This document shows positions 25,163 to 34,009 of a stretch of DNA of 39,182 bases, piece by piece. The position numbers were made by a program, and so were the translations under genes. The notes under the pieces were generated by a model. The model made no database searches and was not told where the DNA came from. It was given only the letters and a program-made list of their open reading frames with translations. The stretch lies in IMG/VR virus record IMGVR_UViG_3300021184_000001, positions 98,854 through 138,035 of that record, one strand, 5' to 3'. This DNA comes from a virus. How positions within the stretch are numbered: the first letter of the stretch is position 1; each line of letters begins with the position of its first letter.

Positions 25163-26215
25163 CTACTCGATGACAAACGCGCCGATCCACTGGCTGAGCC
25201 GGTCGGCCTCGTCGCGGGTGAGGTCGTCGGGGAGGCTGAGGCCGACAATGACCCCCGGTCGCAGCAAGAAGGTGTACTCGGGCAGCTCCTCCTCAGCCGG
25301 TTCCTCCTCCGCTTCGGCGGCGAGGGCGGCTACCGCTTCGGCGCGCGCAGCCTCGGCTGCTGCCGCAATCCGGGCGGCCTCGATTTTCGCCGCAGTCTGG
25401 CGCTCGGCTTCAGCTGCCTCTTCAGCAAGGCGCGCCTTGCGCGCGCGGGTGGCGGCGATGGATCGTTGGCGCCGCTCTTCAGTGCTGACCTGCGCGTAGG
25501 GGAAATGACGGACCTTGCAGTAGTGCTCCAGCGCTTTGCGGAAGCACCCCTGGTAGTGCCGCATGGTGCTGACCTTGATGACCGGCGCTCGCTTGAGGGA
25601 TTCGGCGGCGTCGTCATCGAAATCGATGGCTTTCGCCGCCGCCTTGGTGGCCTTGGCGTCGATCGCGATCTCGCCGAAGCGGGCGAGGATCTGCTCGGTC
25701 GTTTCGGGGTCGATGTGCTCTTCGGCCGCGTCCGGTACGCGCAGCATCACTGCGGTGTAGGCCCCGGCCCAGCGCTTCGCCGTCTCGTCGCGGGGGTTGT
25801 CCTCGTGGTAGGCGACAAGGTATTCGCCGAAGTCCCCGTAGATCGGTGTGCGCTTGGGCGCCACAGCGATCTCGGGAGCAGCCGGGGCCGTTTCGACCGA
25901 AGCGTCCTCGGCCTCGACGTCGAGGGTGCCGGTGAGTTCGACGTGGTGCAGCATGAACGCAAGGCCGCGCCGGAAATCACTCGAATAGGTGTTGATCGTC
26001 GATTCCTTGAGTTCGCCCTGGGCGTTCTCGGCGAACTGCCGCAGAACTTTCTCAGTGGCTTCGTCGCTGATGACGGTTCCCGCCAATCCCGGTACTCGAT
26101 GGGAGAAGGAATTCCAGGCGTTGTAGGCACCAGCGATTTTCGTGTCCTGCTTGTTGGCGGTGCGCCGGTTGTGGACGTAGGTGCCGAGGTCACCATAGGT
26201 AAGGTCGCGCTTCAT
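25163..26215 (-). CDS. Protein with tandem duplicated helical domain (integrase core-binding/SAM-like) and Ala/Glu-rich linker
   Basis: GGAGG RBS; repeats YGDLG...KESTINTYSSDFRRGL and YGDFG...KVSTMRHYQGCFRKAL; no recombinase catalytic motifs seen. Confidence 0.7.
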   Translation of the reverse strand: MKRDLTYGDLGTYVHNRRTANKQDTKIAGAYNAWNSFSHRVPGLAGTVISDEATEKVLRQFAENAQGELKESTINTYSSDFRRGLAFMLHHVELTGTLDVEAEDASVETAPAAPEIAVAPKRTPIYGDFGEYLVAYHEDNPRDETAKRWAGAYTAVMLRVPDAAEEHIDPETTEQILARFGEIAIDAKATKAAAKAIDFDDDAAESLKRAPVIKVSTMRHYQGCFRKALEHYCKVRHFPYAQVSTEERRQRSIAATRARKARLAEEAAEAERQTAAKIEAARIAAAAEAARAEAVAALAAEAEEEPAEEELPEYTFLLRPGVIVGLSLPDDLTRDEADRLSQWIGAFVIE

Positions 26216-26350
26216 GTTGTCCTCCAACGAAGGTCGGTTCTGATGGCGGCTCAGGGAGCCGTAATTGACCAGGCTCAGCGCGTCCCGGTGTATACCAGCA
26301 CCCGCAGCAAAGCAGTCAGTGTAGACCCTGTCACTGTAAGCGTGGTCTCC

Positions 26351-26773
26351 TCACACTGGCACATCGGCCAGGGTGATGACAGGGATGCCTGCCCGGTCGG
26401 CGGTGTTCCTGCAGTTGCGCGTACCACCCCCGCCGGGGAGCGCAATGCAGATCGCGGCCCCGAGACTGACCATGTGCGCGTTGCGGGCCCGTCCGGCCGC
26501 GCTGTACTGGCTTGGTGGGATGCTCTCCCAGTCGACGGGGTGCGCCTCGATCTGCCAGCCGCGTTTGGTGGCCTCTTGGGCCGCGAGCTGGTCGGCGCTG
26601 CGGTCATAGTCGATGGTGCCGTCACGGCGCCGGAACTTGCAGTCGCCGTGGACGAGGATGAAGTCGCCGGGTGATGTATGGGGGAAGAGGCTTTCGACGT
26701 GGGCCAGCGCTCGGGCGACGGCGGCGCGCCCGGGGAAGCCGCGCCCGCCGGTTGCCAGAACTCGCACTGTCAT
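26351..26773 (-). CDS. DUF2493 / YspA-type SLOG family protein
   Basis: RVLATGGR...LVHGDC...ADQLA...DW...AGRARNAHM...PGGGGTRNC...AGIPV. Confidence 0.85.
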   Translation of the reverse strand: MTVRVLATGGRGFPGRAAVARALAHVESLFPHTSPGDFILVHGDCKFRRRDGTIDYDRSADQLAAQEATKRGWQIEAHPVDWESIPPSQYSAAGRARNAHMVSLGAAICIALPGGGGTRNCRNTADRAGIPVITLADVPV

Positions 26774-26813
26774 TGTGTAAGAATACCGATTCACGAAAGG
26801 CACTCTCACTCTG

Positions 26814-27062
26814 ATGAACACTATCCGTGAACTGATCGATACCCTCGAAGGGTTCGCTGCTGCTACCGGGGATGAGACCCCGGTGCGCGTGGCGACCATG
26901 GGGCTGAAGAAGCCCATGGAGTACGCCGTCCAGGACGTCGACCTGGTCGAGGTCAGCACCGGGTCGGACGATTTTTGGGACACGCGCCCCGTCCTGTACT
27001 TCCTGGCCGCCGACAGCGGCCAGCAGCTGGCGCACGAAGCCCGCGCGAACTTCGCCGGATAA
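26814..27062 (+). CDS. Hypothetical protein
   Basis: GAAAGG RBS, divergent from the SLOG gene. Confidence 0.7.
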   Translation: MNTIRELIDTLEGFAAATGDETPVRVATMGLKKPMEYAVQDVDLVEVSTGSDDFWDTRPVLYFLAADSGQQLAHEARANFAG

Positions 27063-27074
27063 GGAGACAGGATC

Positions 27075-27734
27075 GTGGGAGCACGGTGGAATCCCTACTG
27101 GGATGCGGTCAAAGACCACATCGGATGGGATGATCTCATGCGTCAGCATGCTGTGCTCCCACGCGACCCGCTCCACAGCGACGACGAGGACGGCATCTGG
27201 CGCGGCGTCGCTTCCACGAATCTGCGCAAGGAGCTGGTCCCGCGCTATGCCTGGACGGTATCCGATCCGGCCACCGTCGAATTCGTCGTCCGATTCTGCG
27301 GTGACGCGGTGATCGATCCGATGGCCGGGAGCGGCTACTGGGCCCGGCTGCTGGCCGAGCGCGGCGTGTTCACTCTCGCCTACGACCGGCACGCCGCCAC
27401 CCCCGAGGCGAACCACTGGCACCGAGGTGTCGAGCACTGGACAACGGTGCTCCCCGGCGAAGCAGTCGACACGGTCGCCGCCGCCGGGGCCGGGGTGACC
27501 CTCCTGCTGTCGTGGCCCCCCTACAACACGTCCGACGGGGCCGACGCCGTCCGCGCCTACACGGGGAACCGGATCATCTACATCGGCGAAGGCGACGGCG
27601 GCTGCACCGGCGACGACGAGCTGCACAAACTCCTGGAAACGGAATGGGACGAGATCGAATACCACTCCCCGGTGCAGTGGTGGGGACTTCACGACATCGT
27701 CTTCGTCTACGACCGCGTACCCCCAGAGCAGTGA
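27075..27734 (+). CDS. Class I SAM-dependent methyltransferase-like protein
   Basis: VIDPMAGSGYWA (motif I), AYD, LLLSWPPY, YIGEGDGGCTG. Confidence 0.7.
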   Translation: MGARWNPYWDAVKDHIGWDDLMRQHAVLPRDPLHSDDEDGIWRGVASTNLRKELVPRYAWTVSDPATVEFVVRFCGDAVIDPMAGSGYWARLLAERGVFTLAYDRHAATPEANHWHRGVEHWTTVLPGEAVDTVAAAGAGVTLLLSWPPYNTSDGADAVRAYTGNRIIYIGEGDGGCTGDDELHKLLETEWDEIEYHSPVQWWGLHDIVFVYDRVPPEQ

Positions 27735-27744
27735 AAGGCCCGAG

Positions 27745-28821
27745 ATGCCCACCTACCCTCACTACAGCCCCACCGCCACCGCCTACCTGCGCAACGTCCT
27801 GTTGGGGAAGCACCCGATGCGGCCGGGCACGACCGTGCCCATCGAGGAACTGTCCGGGCTCACCACCGAACGGCAGCTCCTGCGCCCCATCGAAGCCGTC
27901 GGCGCCACCCCCCTGGACATCGGCGACCCGCTGCTGGACAGCGCCGCACGTCAGCTAGCCGCGTGGCATCGGCGCATGATCACCCGCGCCGACCTCTACC
28001 ACCTGTCCGGGCCGCTCGTGGCCCACGCGTGGGCGTGCGAGGAGCAGTTCGGGCCGTGCCGGTTCGACGACGCCTTCCCCTCCGACTACGGTTTCTGTGT
28101 GTTCGGTCAGGCCCTGGCGCTGCCGCTAAATGATCGCGGCGACTGGACCCCGATCTGCGCCGCCGCGTGGGGCCCTGTCGACGACTGCGGGTTCATCCCC
28201 GCCATCTCCGGGCCCTTCACGGAGAACCTCAGCCAGCCGGGGAAGCACCAGACCATCATCATCAGCGAGCGCCCCAGCCGCCAGACGCACCTGCGGCTGT
28301 TCACCTACGCCAACACCATGCGCGAGGAAACCCGTGGGCACTACCCCGAGATCATCGAGGAACTCGACCACATCGTCAACTGCAACACCGACATCGCCGA
28401 GCTGCCGCACGTGGGCCGCTCCAACCGGTACGCCGTTCCCCGGATGCTGCGCATCGCGTTCATGATCGCCACCGCCCGATCCCTCGGCAGTGACGAACGC
28501 GAGGCCGTCCCGCAGGGCTTGCGGAAACGGGCGCAGCGCCTGGGCGCTCGACCGGAGCAGCAGGTCCGCGTCATGAGTCTGCGCCCGCGCGCGCAGCAGC
28601 TCCTGCACGAGGAAAGCCAGCACACCGAAGGCGACGGCGTCATTCGGCGCCCGGCCCGCTACACCCTCCCGCTGTGGGAGCGCCGCCCTACCCGCGACCC
28701 CGAGACCGGCGCGATCGTCCGCAGGGGCACCACCTGCTACCGCCACCCTGAGCTGCTGTCCGACGAGGACCGCGACACTGTCAGATCAGGTACGTTGCCG
28801 AGAGCATCCAGGGGAAACTGA
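27745..28821 (+). CDS. Hypothetical protein, distant paralog of 30568
   Basis: GAAAGG RBS; basic C-terminal region RKRAQR...VRVMSL. Confidence 0.75.
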   Translation: MPTYPHYSPTATAYLRNVLLGKHPMRPGTTVPIEELSGLTTERQLLRPIEAVGATPLDIGDPLLDSAARQLAAWHRRMITRADLYHLSGPLVAHAWACEEQFGPCRFDDAFPSDYGFCVFGQALALPLNDRGDWTPICAAAWGPVDDCGFIPAISGPFTENLSQPGKHQTIIISERPSRQTHLRLFTYANTMREETRGHYPEIIEELDHIVNCNTDIAELPHVGRSNRYAVPRMLRIAFMIATARSLGSDEREAVPQGLRKRAQRLGARPEQQVRVMSLRPRAQQLLHEESQHTEGDGVIRRPARYTLPLWERRPTRDPETGAIVRRGTTCYRHPELLSDEDRDTVRSGTLPRASRGN

Positions 28822-28824
28822 ACC

Positions 28825-28953
28825 ATGCGAAACGAACAACCCGACAAGCCCGAACCGAGCGTGACGCGCGGCCTCGGCGCGCTCGCCGCTGTCCTGGCGA
28901 TCATCCTGGCCTTCGCGTGGGGCCTCGCGGCACTGTTCAAGTGGGTGCTGTGA
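28825..28953 (+). CDS. 42-aa single-pass membrane peptide
   Basis: MRNEQPDKPEPSVTRGLGALAAVLAIILAFAWGLAALFKWVL; fills the gap exactly. Confidence 0.6.
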   Translation: MRNEQPDKPEPSVTRGLGALAAVLAIILAFAWGLAALFKWVL

Positions 28954-28955
28954 GC

Positions 28956-29207
28956 ATGCCCGGCACTGGTCAGGACGCGCCGCCGGTCACCGACCCGCGC
29001 GATCCGCGTGCCATCATCGCCGCGACCATGCGCGAAGTCGCCCAGTGGTATCCCGATGCGCGTTCCCCAGCTGAGCTGGAGGAGGCCGCGTACGCGGTCG
29101 AGCGCGACGACGGCTACCGCAAGTGCCCGGTGTGCGAGGAGGACCCGTGCGGCGCGGGCTGCCCGCTGGAGCCGTTCCGACCCGAGTACGCCGACCCGGT
29201 CCGCTGA
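28956..29207 (+). CDS. Small Cys-rich protein (CPVCEEDPCGAGCPL)
   Basis: GC3 bias, Cys cluster. Confidence 0.65.
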   Translation: MPGTGQDAPPVTDPRDPRAIIAATMREVAQWYPDARSPAELEEAAYAVERDDGYRKCPVCEEDPCGAGCPLEPFRPEYADPVR

Positions 29208-29293
29208 AGGTGCCCCCTGTCGGTGGGGGCCGTTAGAGTGTCGGTGCTGCACCGACGTGAAATCCTGTCGTATCACACCCTGAAGGAGCCGCC

Positions 29294-29602
29294 GTGAGCG
29301 CGCCGCCGTTCGCTCTCAACCGCACCACGCGCCAGATCCTCCGTCTCCTGTTCGACCACGACGACGGCCAGATGTACGGGCTGAAGATCGCCCAGTCCCT
29401 CCCGCGCCGGTGGTTCCTCCGCGTCCCTTCGGGGGCGGTCGCCGTCGAACTGATGAAACTGGAACGCCACCAGTGGGTGACCAGCGAGTGGGAAGAAGCC
29501 GAGCCCCGCAACGACGGTGGGTGGCAGCCTCGGCGCCGGTTCTACCGCATCGCCGAGGCCCATCGCGAGGACGTACGGCTCGTGCTGGGAACCGGCCGAT
29601 GA
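29294..29602 (+). CDS. PadR-like winged-helix regulator
   Basis: ILRLL...MYGLKI...SGAV...LMKLE..WVTSEWE...RRRFYRI. Confidence 0.75.
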   Translation: MSAPPFALNRTTRQILRLLFDHDDGQMYGLKIAQSLPRRWFLRVPSGAVAVELMKLERHQWVTSEWEEAEPRNDGGWQPRRRFYRIAEAHREDVRLVLGTGR

Positions 29603-30447
29603 CCGGGCACGACTACCTGTCCACGGCGTGCCTTCACGAGGTGCACCAGCACTGCCGCTCGGCAGTCAACGAGGACGGCCAGCCGAAGGTGCCCGGCACC
29701 TGCAAGTTCTGCAGCGCCCGATGCCGCTGCACCTGCCATCAGGACCTCCCGGTTCTGGCGCGGGAGACGTTCCCCGCTCAGGTCGCTGACGCACGGGAGG
29801 CCCTGGGCTGGTCGCAAGAGTGGCTGGCCACGCTGGTCGGCGTCGGACAGCAGGCCATCAGCAACTGGGAGAACGGACGAAGCATTCCGCAGGGCGATAA
29901 CTTGCAGCGCCTGTCTAGCGCACTGGGATTCATGCCCTGCCACAAGCTTCCTGGCCCCGTCGCAAGCGCAACGTCGACAGGTGCTACATCAACGCTGACG
30001 CTGGATTCATTGCCGCTGCTCAGCATGGGACCCGACCAGTTCGTCGCTCTCACCACCGATCTTCTCACCATGGTGTTTCCCGGCGCGCTGATCAGCGAGG
30101 AGGTTTCGCCTGACATCGACCTGCACCTGCTGACCGCTGCGGGCGAGCGCCTGGCAGTCCACTGCTCCCGGGCCCGCAAGTTCCAACCGACGACCCTCGC
30201 GCAAGTCCATACCCGGCTTGAGCAGCAAGGGCCCAGCTTTGACCGGGCGCTTGTGTTGCTACGCTGCAAAGCGGGATTGAAGGTTCGACAGAAAGCCGCC
30301 GAGTGGGCGCCCCGGTGGGAGATCTGGGATACCTCAGTGATCGCCGGACACCTCCACAGCGTGGGCCGCGAGCGCGCTCTGCCTCTGGTCGAGGAGTATT
30401 TCCCCGGCCTGGGTGGGCCCTTCTTCGGCATCGCGACCGAACACTAA
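29599..30447 (+). CDS. Cys/His Zn domain plus XRE (HTH_3) plus degenerate Mrr-like PD-(D/E)XK domain
   Basis: CLH..H.HC...CKFC..C.C.CH; AREALGWSQEWLA..VGVGQQAISNWENG; DQFVALTTDLL...DIDL...AVHCS...EIWD. Confidence 0.7.
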   Translation: MTGHDYLSTACLHEVHQHCRSAVNEDGQPKVPGTCKFCSARCRCTCHQDLPVLARETFPAQVADAREALGWSQEWLATLVGVGQQAISNWENGRSIPQGDNLQRLSSALGFMPCHKLPGPVASATSTGATSTLTLDSLPLLSMGPDQFVALTTDLLTMVFPGALISEEVSPDIDLHLLTAAGERLAVHCSRARKFQPTTLAQVHTRLEQQGPSFDRALVLLRCKAGLKVRQKAAEWAPRWEIWDTSVIAGHLHSVGRERALPLVEEYFPGLGGPFFGIATEH

Positions 30448-30567
30448 CCACCTCTGGTGACCAAGGCCACTGACACGGCCCGTGGGTTGCCGCATCCACT
30501 GCACCTATAAGCAAGAACCACCCCGGAATTGATCCGCGCCGCCCCGGCGCAAGAAGGAGTGCACCCC

Positions 30568-31782
30568 ATGAACGCCGATCCCGCGCGCCCTGAAGGTGAA
30601 AACGAACCCTCACCAGGAGCAGACGCGACCCCCGAGAAGCATCCCCAGCGTACTGCGGTATCACACGTCAGTGTGGACCCCACCAGCGCCGACTACTTCC
30701 AGTACTTCACGACCATGGGGCCGACGGCGTTCGCACGCGAACGGGCCCTGATGTGCAAGAGCGGTCTGAGCATCAACGCCGGGCTACTGCGCTCGATCCT
30801 GTTCAGCCTCTTCGGCGAAGACGCCGACGCCGTCAGCCCCGAACAGATGATCGCCTGGGCGGACTACATGCGCGAACGCATGCAGGCATGCGACCTGCTG
30901 ATGTTCAAGCACGAACTGCTCAACCGCAGCGAGCACGCGTGGGAAACGATGAGCAAGGAGCAGCTGGACCAGCTGCCCCCGCTGCCAGCGGACACGATCT
31001 TGGGGTTCGAGCGCCCGCGCTTCCTCGACGTCGTCAACCGTGCCACCGGGGAGGTCGTCTCCCGGCCCGTGTCCATCGTGGTCCGGTACGAGTCGCAGGG
31101 AATGCCCTTCGAGGACGTCCTGACCGACGGCACACCCTTCCACGGCTACACCGCGTACTCGCGCCTCATCGACCAGGAGCAGCTGTACTCCAACCCCAAC
31201 ACCCGATACCTGTTCGAGATGCGCGACGCCAAGAACGAACCGGTCGACCCGGCAGGCGCCTTGAAGCAGATCGCCCACATGCGCCAGCAGTCCCTGATGT
31301 GGCCGCCGACACTGATCGACGAGCTGGAAGCGCCCCTTGATAAGGAGGGCCGCACCCTCGGAGACTTCCTGCGTGTCGCGCTCGCGCGGGCGGCCGAAGG
31401 CAGGGCCGAACCGATCCCGCGCGAGGTCCAGCGCAAGGCCAAAGCGGCTGGTGTGAAGCGCTGGTACTTCCCGCCGGTGCGCACCCTGGAGCTGGAAGTC
31501 GAAGACCCCCCAGCGCCTCAGCGTGCCTCTGGTGAACCGACCGACCGCACCATCAACTGGGAGTTCAAGGTCGGTCACACCTGGGACTGGGCGCCGGACG
31601 AGCATGGCGAACTGGTGTGGCAGCCGGGCCACTGGCGCCGCTACCGCGACGCCGACGGCAACGTGGTTAAGCGCGTCTTCATCAAGCAGTACACCAAAGG
31701 CGAAGGCAAACCGCGCAAGCCCAAGGTCGACACCGTCACCATCGCCCGTGAACCCGACGCCTCCCCTGAAGGGAGCGCCTGA
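30568..31782 (+). CDS. Hypothetical protein with C-terminal GHWR...FIKQYTKG motif
   Basis: GAAGGAG RBS; motif recalled from phage/plasmid hypothetical proteins. Confidence 0.8.
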   Translation: MNADPARPEGENEPSPGADATPEKHPQRTAVSHVSVDPTSADYFQYFTTMGPTAFARERALMCKSGLSINAGLLRSILFSLFGEDADAVSPEQMIAWADYMRERMQACDLLMFKHELLNRSEHAWETMSKEQLDQLPPLPADTILGFERPRFLDVVNRATGEVVSRPVSIVVRYESQGMPFEDVLTDGTPFHGYTAYSRLIDQEQLYSNPNTRYLFEMRDAKNEPVDPAGALKQIAHMRQQSLMWPPTLIDELEAPLDKEGRTLGDFLRVALARAAEGRAEPIPREVQRKAKAAGVKRWYFPPVRTLELEVEDPPAPQRASGEPTDRTINWEFKVGHTWDWAPDEHGELVWQPGHWRRYRDADGNVVKRVFIKQYTKGEGKPRKPKVDTVTIAREPDASPEGSA

Positions 31783-31856
31783 TGTTCGCCTTCCTGTGCC
31801 GCAGAGCCGATCGTGTCGGCTCCTTCGACTGACCCCCCACCTCCCGAAAGGCGATC

Positions 31857-32468
31857 ATGGCCTGGTACGACATCCACCACTCCTGCGGCCACACCAGCCA
31901 GCAGCAGATCTACGGCACCGACGTGAACGGTGAACGGGGGCGCAAGGCTGAAAAGCTCGGCGAGCGGGCGTGCACCGCGTGCCTGCGGCAGGCGAATGAC
32001 GAACGCAACCGGATCGCGGCCGAGCGGTCCAAGGCCGAGGGATGGCCACCGTTGCAGGGACCGAAGCGGCAGGTGGCGTGGGCGCACGCCATCCGCGCTG
32101 ACGCGGTCGACGTCGTGACCGCCCGGGTGAGGGACGCGTACGCGTCCACGCCGGAGCTGGAGCAGGCAGCCGTGCTGGCGATACTGGCCCAGTCCGGGGA
32201 GGCGTCCTGGTGGATCGACCACCGCGACTTCCGGATCTGGTTCTCCCTGGTCAAGAAACGCACCTCGTGGCGCGAGGCGGTCGCCCAGATCCCGGCCGGG
32301 GCCACACTGGCGCAAATCGGGCGCGAGTTCGCCGAGAGTACGAGTCGCGCTGAACTCGACCATGCCATGTTCCGTGCCGACATCGCGTGCGGCGCCGGGC
32401 AGATCACCAGCGAGCACTTCGAGGCGTTCGAGACCGTGTGGCTCAAGCGTTCCGCTGAGCTGCAGTAA
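31857..32468 (+). CDS. Conserved MGE hypothetical protein (SCGH...CxxC...LQGPKRQVAWA..IR...ASWWIDHR)
   Basis: GAAAGG RBS; motif set recalled from phage/plasmid proteins. Confidence 0.8.
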   Translation: MAWYDIHHSCGHTSQQQIYGTDVNGERGRKAEKLGERACTACLRQANDERNRIAAERSKAEGWPPLQGPKRQVAWAHAIRADAVDVVTARVRDAYASTPELEQAAVLAILAQSGEASWWIDHRDFRIWFSLVKKRTSWREAVAQIPAGATLAQIGREFAESTSRAELDHAMFRADIACGAGQITSEHFEAFETVWLKRSAELQ

Positions 32469-32497
32469 CCACACACACCACTATGGAATGGAATCCG

Positions 32498-32806
32498 ATG
32501 AGAACAACTGCCATCGTCACCGCCGCCTGCGGGACCGCCCTGCTCACCCTCGGCGCGTGCGGATTCGAGGGACCCAAGGAGGCCACCGGCGAGATCACGC
32601 GCCTCGAAGAGCACCCCGACGGGTGGATCGAGACCGACTGCGTCGTCGACGCCGACGGCCCCAGCTGCACCGCCGACGTCGAGGAGAACTGCTACCTCGT
32701 CGTCTTCGAAGACGACACCTACGAGTACTCCGACTGCATCCCCAAGGCCGACTGGGACAAGCTCAAGATCGGCGACACCTACACCGACGGCGACGACAAC
32801 GACTGA
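32498..32806 (+). CDS. Acidic lipoprotein, paralog of 19887
   Basis: Lipobox LGAC; four Cys; LKIGDTY. Confidence 0.8.
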   Translation: MRTTAIVTAACGTALLTLGACGFEGPKEATGEITRLEEHPDGWIETDCVVDADGPSCTADVEENCYLVVFEDDTYEYSDCIPKADWDKLKIGDTYTDGDDND

Positions 32807-32830
32807 CCGGCACGAACGAGAGGCACGCAT

Positions 32831-34000
32831 ATGGAAGAAATCAACGAGAAGGCGAAAAACTGGGCGTCGATCCTGGAAGAGGGCGCCCGCGAACAGGTCG
32901 AACGGACCGCATCGATGCCGTTCGTGTGGCCGCACATGGCGGTCATGCCTGACGCCCACCAGGGGATGGGTGCGACGGTGGGCTCGGTCATCCCCACGTT
33001 GGGCGCGATCATGCCCGCCGCCGTCGGTGTCGACATCGGCTGCGGCATGGCCGCCGTCCGCACCCGCCACCACGTCGACCAGATCGCCCACCTGGATCTG
33101 TCGGTGGTGCGCGAGGCCATCGAGAAGGCGATCCCGCTGGGGAAAGGGGGGATCAACACGCGCCTGACCGAGACCGCCGAGCAGTCGATCGCGCACCTCG
33201 AAGCCAGGGCCGTGACCGCCCGCTTCACGCCCTCCTCCTACATGGGGAACTGGCAGCTCCACCTCGGTTCGCTGGGCTCGGGCAACCACTTCTGCGAGCT
33301 CTGCGTCGATGAGGAGGGGTTTGTCTGGTTGTTCCTGCACTCGGGGAGCCGGGGCATCGGCAACAAGATCGCCCAGCACCACATCCAGGTCGCGCAGCGG
33401 CTGTGCAAGCAGTGGTGGATCGACCTGCCGGACAAGGACCTCGCCTACCTCGCGCAGGGCACCCCCGAGTTCTGGGACTACATCCGCGAGATGATGTGGG
33501 CCCAGGAGTTCGCCGAGGCCAACCGCGTGGAGATGATGCGTCGCATGATCGACGCGTTCGAGGCGTGGAGCGACTCCGAGATCGTCGTCGACTCCGAGAT
33601 CAACTGCCACCACAACTACACCGCCCAGGAAGAGCACTGGGGCAAGAAGCTGTGGATCACCCGCAAGGGCGCCATCAACGCCGAGGAGGGGCGCCTGGGC
33701 CTCATCCCCGGGTCCATGGGCACCGCCTCCTACGTCGTGGAGGGCAAAGGCAACGCAGTCGCGTTCAACTCCAGCCCCCACGGCGCGGGCCGCAACCACT
33801 CGCGGACGAAGGCGAAAGCCAAGTTCACCCACGACGATCTGCGTAAACGCATGATCGGCATCGAATGGCGCGACTCCGCCGCGTTCGTCGACGAGATCCC
33901 CGACGCGTACAAGCCGATCGACCAGATCATGGCCGACGCCGACGACCTCGTCACGATCAGGTACAAGCTGCGCCAGATCGTCAACGTCAAGGGGGAGTAG
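32831..34000 (+). CDS. rtcB: RtcB-family RNA ligase (3'-phosphate/5'-OH)
   Basis: PDAHQG, VGVDIGCGM, GSGNHF, HSGSRG, HHNY, RKGA, IPGSMG, HGAGR and DEIPDAYK all present. Confidence 0.95.
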   Translation: MEEINEKAKNWASILEEGAREQVERTASMPFVWPHMAVMPDAHQGMGATVGSVIPTLGAIMPAAVGVDIGCGMAAVRTRHHVDQIAHLDLSVVREAIEKAIPLGKGGINTRLTETAEQSIAHLEARAVTARFTPSSYMGNWQLHLGSLGSGNHFCELCVDEEGFVWLFLHSGSRGIGNKIAQHHIQVAQRLCKQWWIDLPDKDLAYLAQGTPEFWDYIREMMWAQEFAEANRVEMMRRMIDAFEAWSDSEIVVDSEINCHHNYTAQEEHWGKKLWITRKGAINAEEGRLGLIPGSMGTASYVVEGKGNAVAFNSSPHGAGRNHSRTKAKAKFTHDDLRKRMIGIEWRDSAAFVDEIPDAYKPIDQIMADADDLVTIRYKLRQIVNVKGE

Positions 34001-34009
34001 CCCCCTGCC

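Noticed and set aside
25083-25499. 138-aa ORF starting inside the tRNA
   Set aside because: Overlaps the tRNA and is antisense to 25163-26215; Ser/Ala/Arg composition typical of a shadow frame
25120-26215. tRNA 3' end as an att site with an adjacent integrase
   Set aside because: I found no second copy of the tRNA 3' end in the window, and the adjacent protein lacks the R...HxxR...Y catalytic motifs
31910-33832. 640-aa minus-strand ORF
   Set aside because: Antisense shadow of rtcB and neighbours, expected in high-GC DNA; no recognisable motifs
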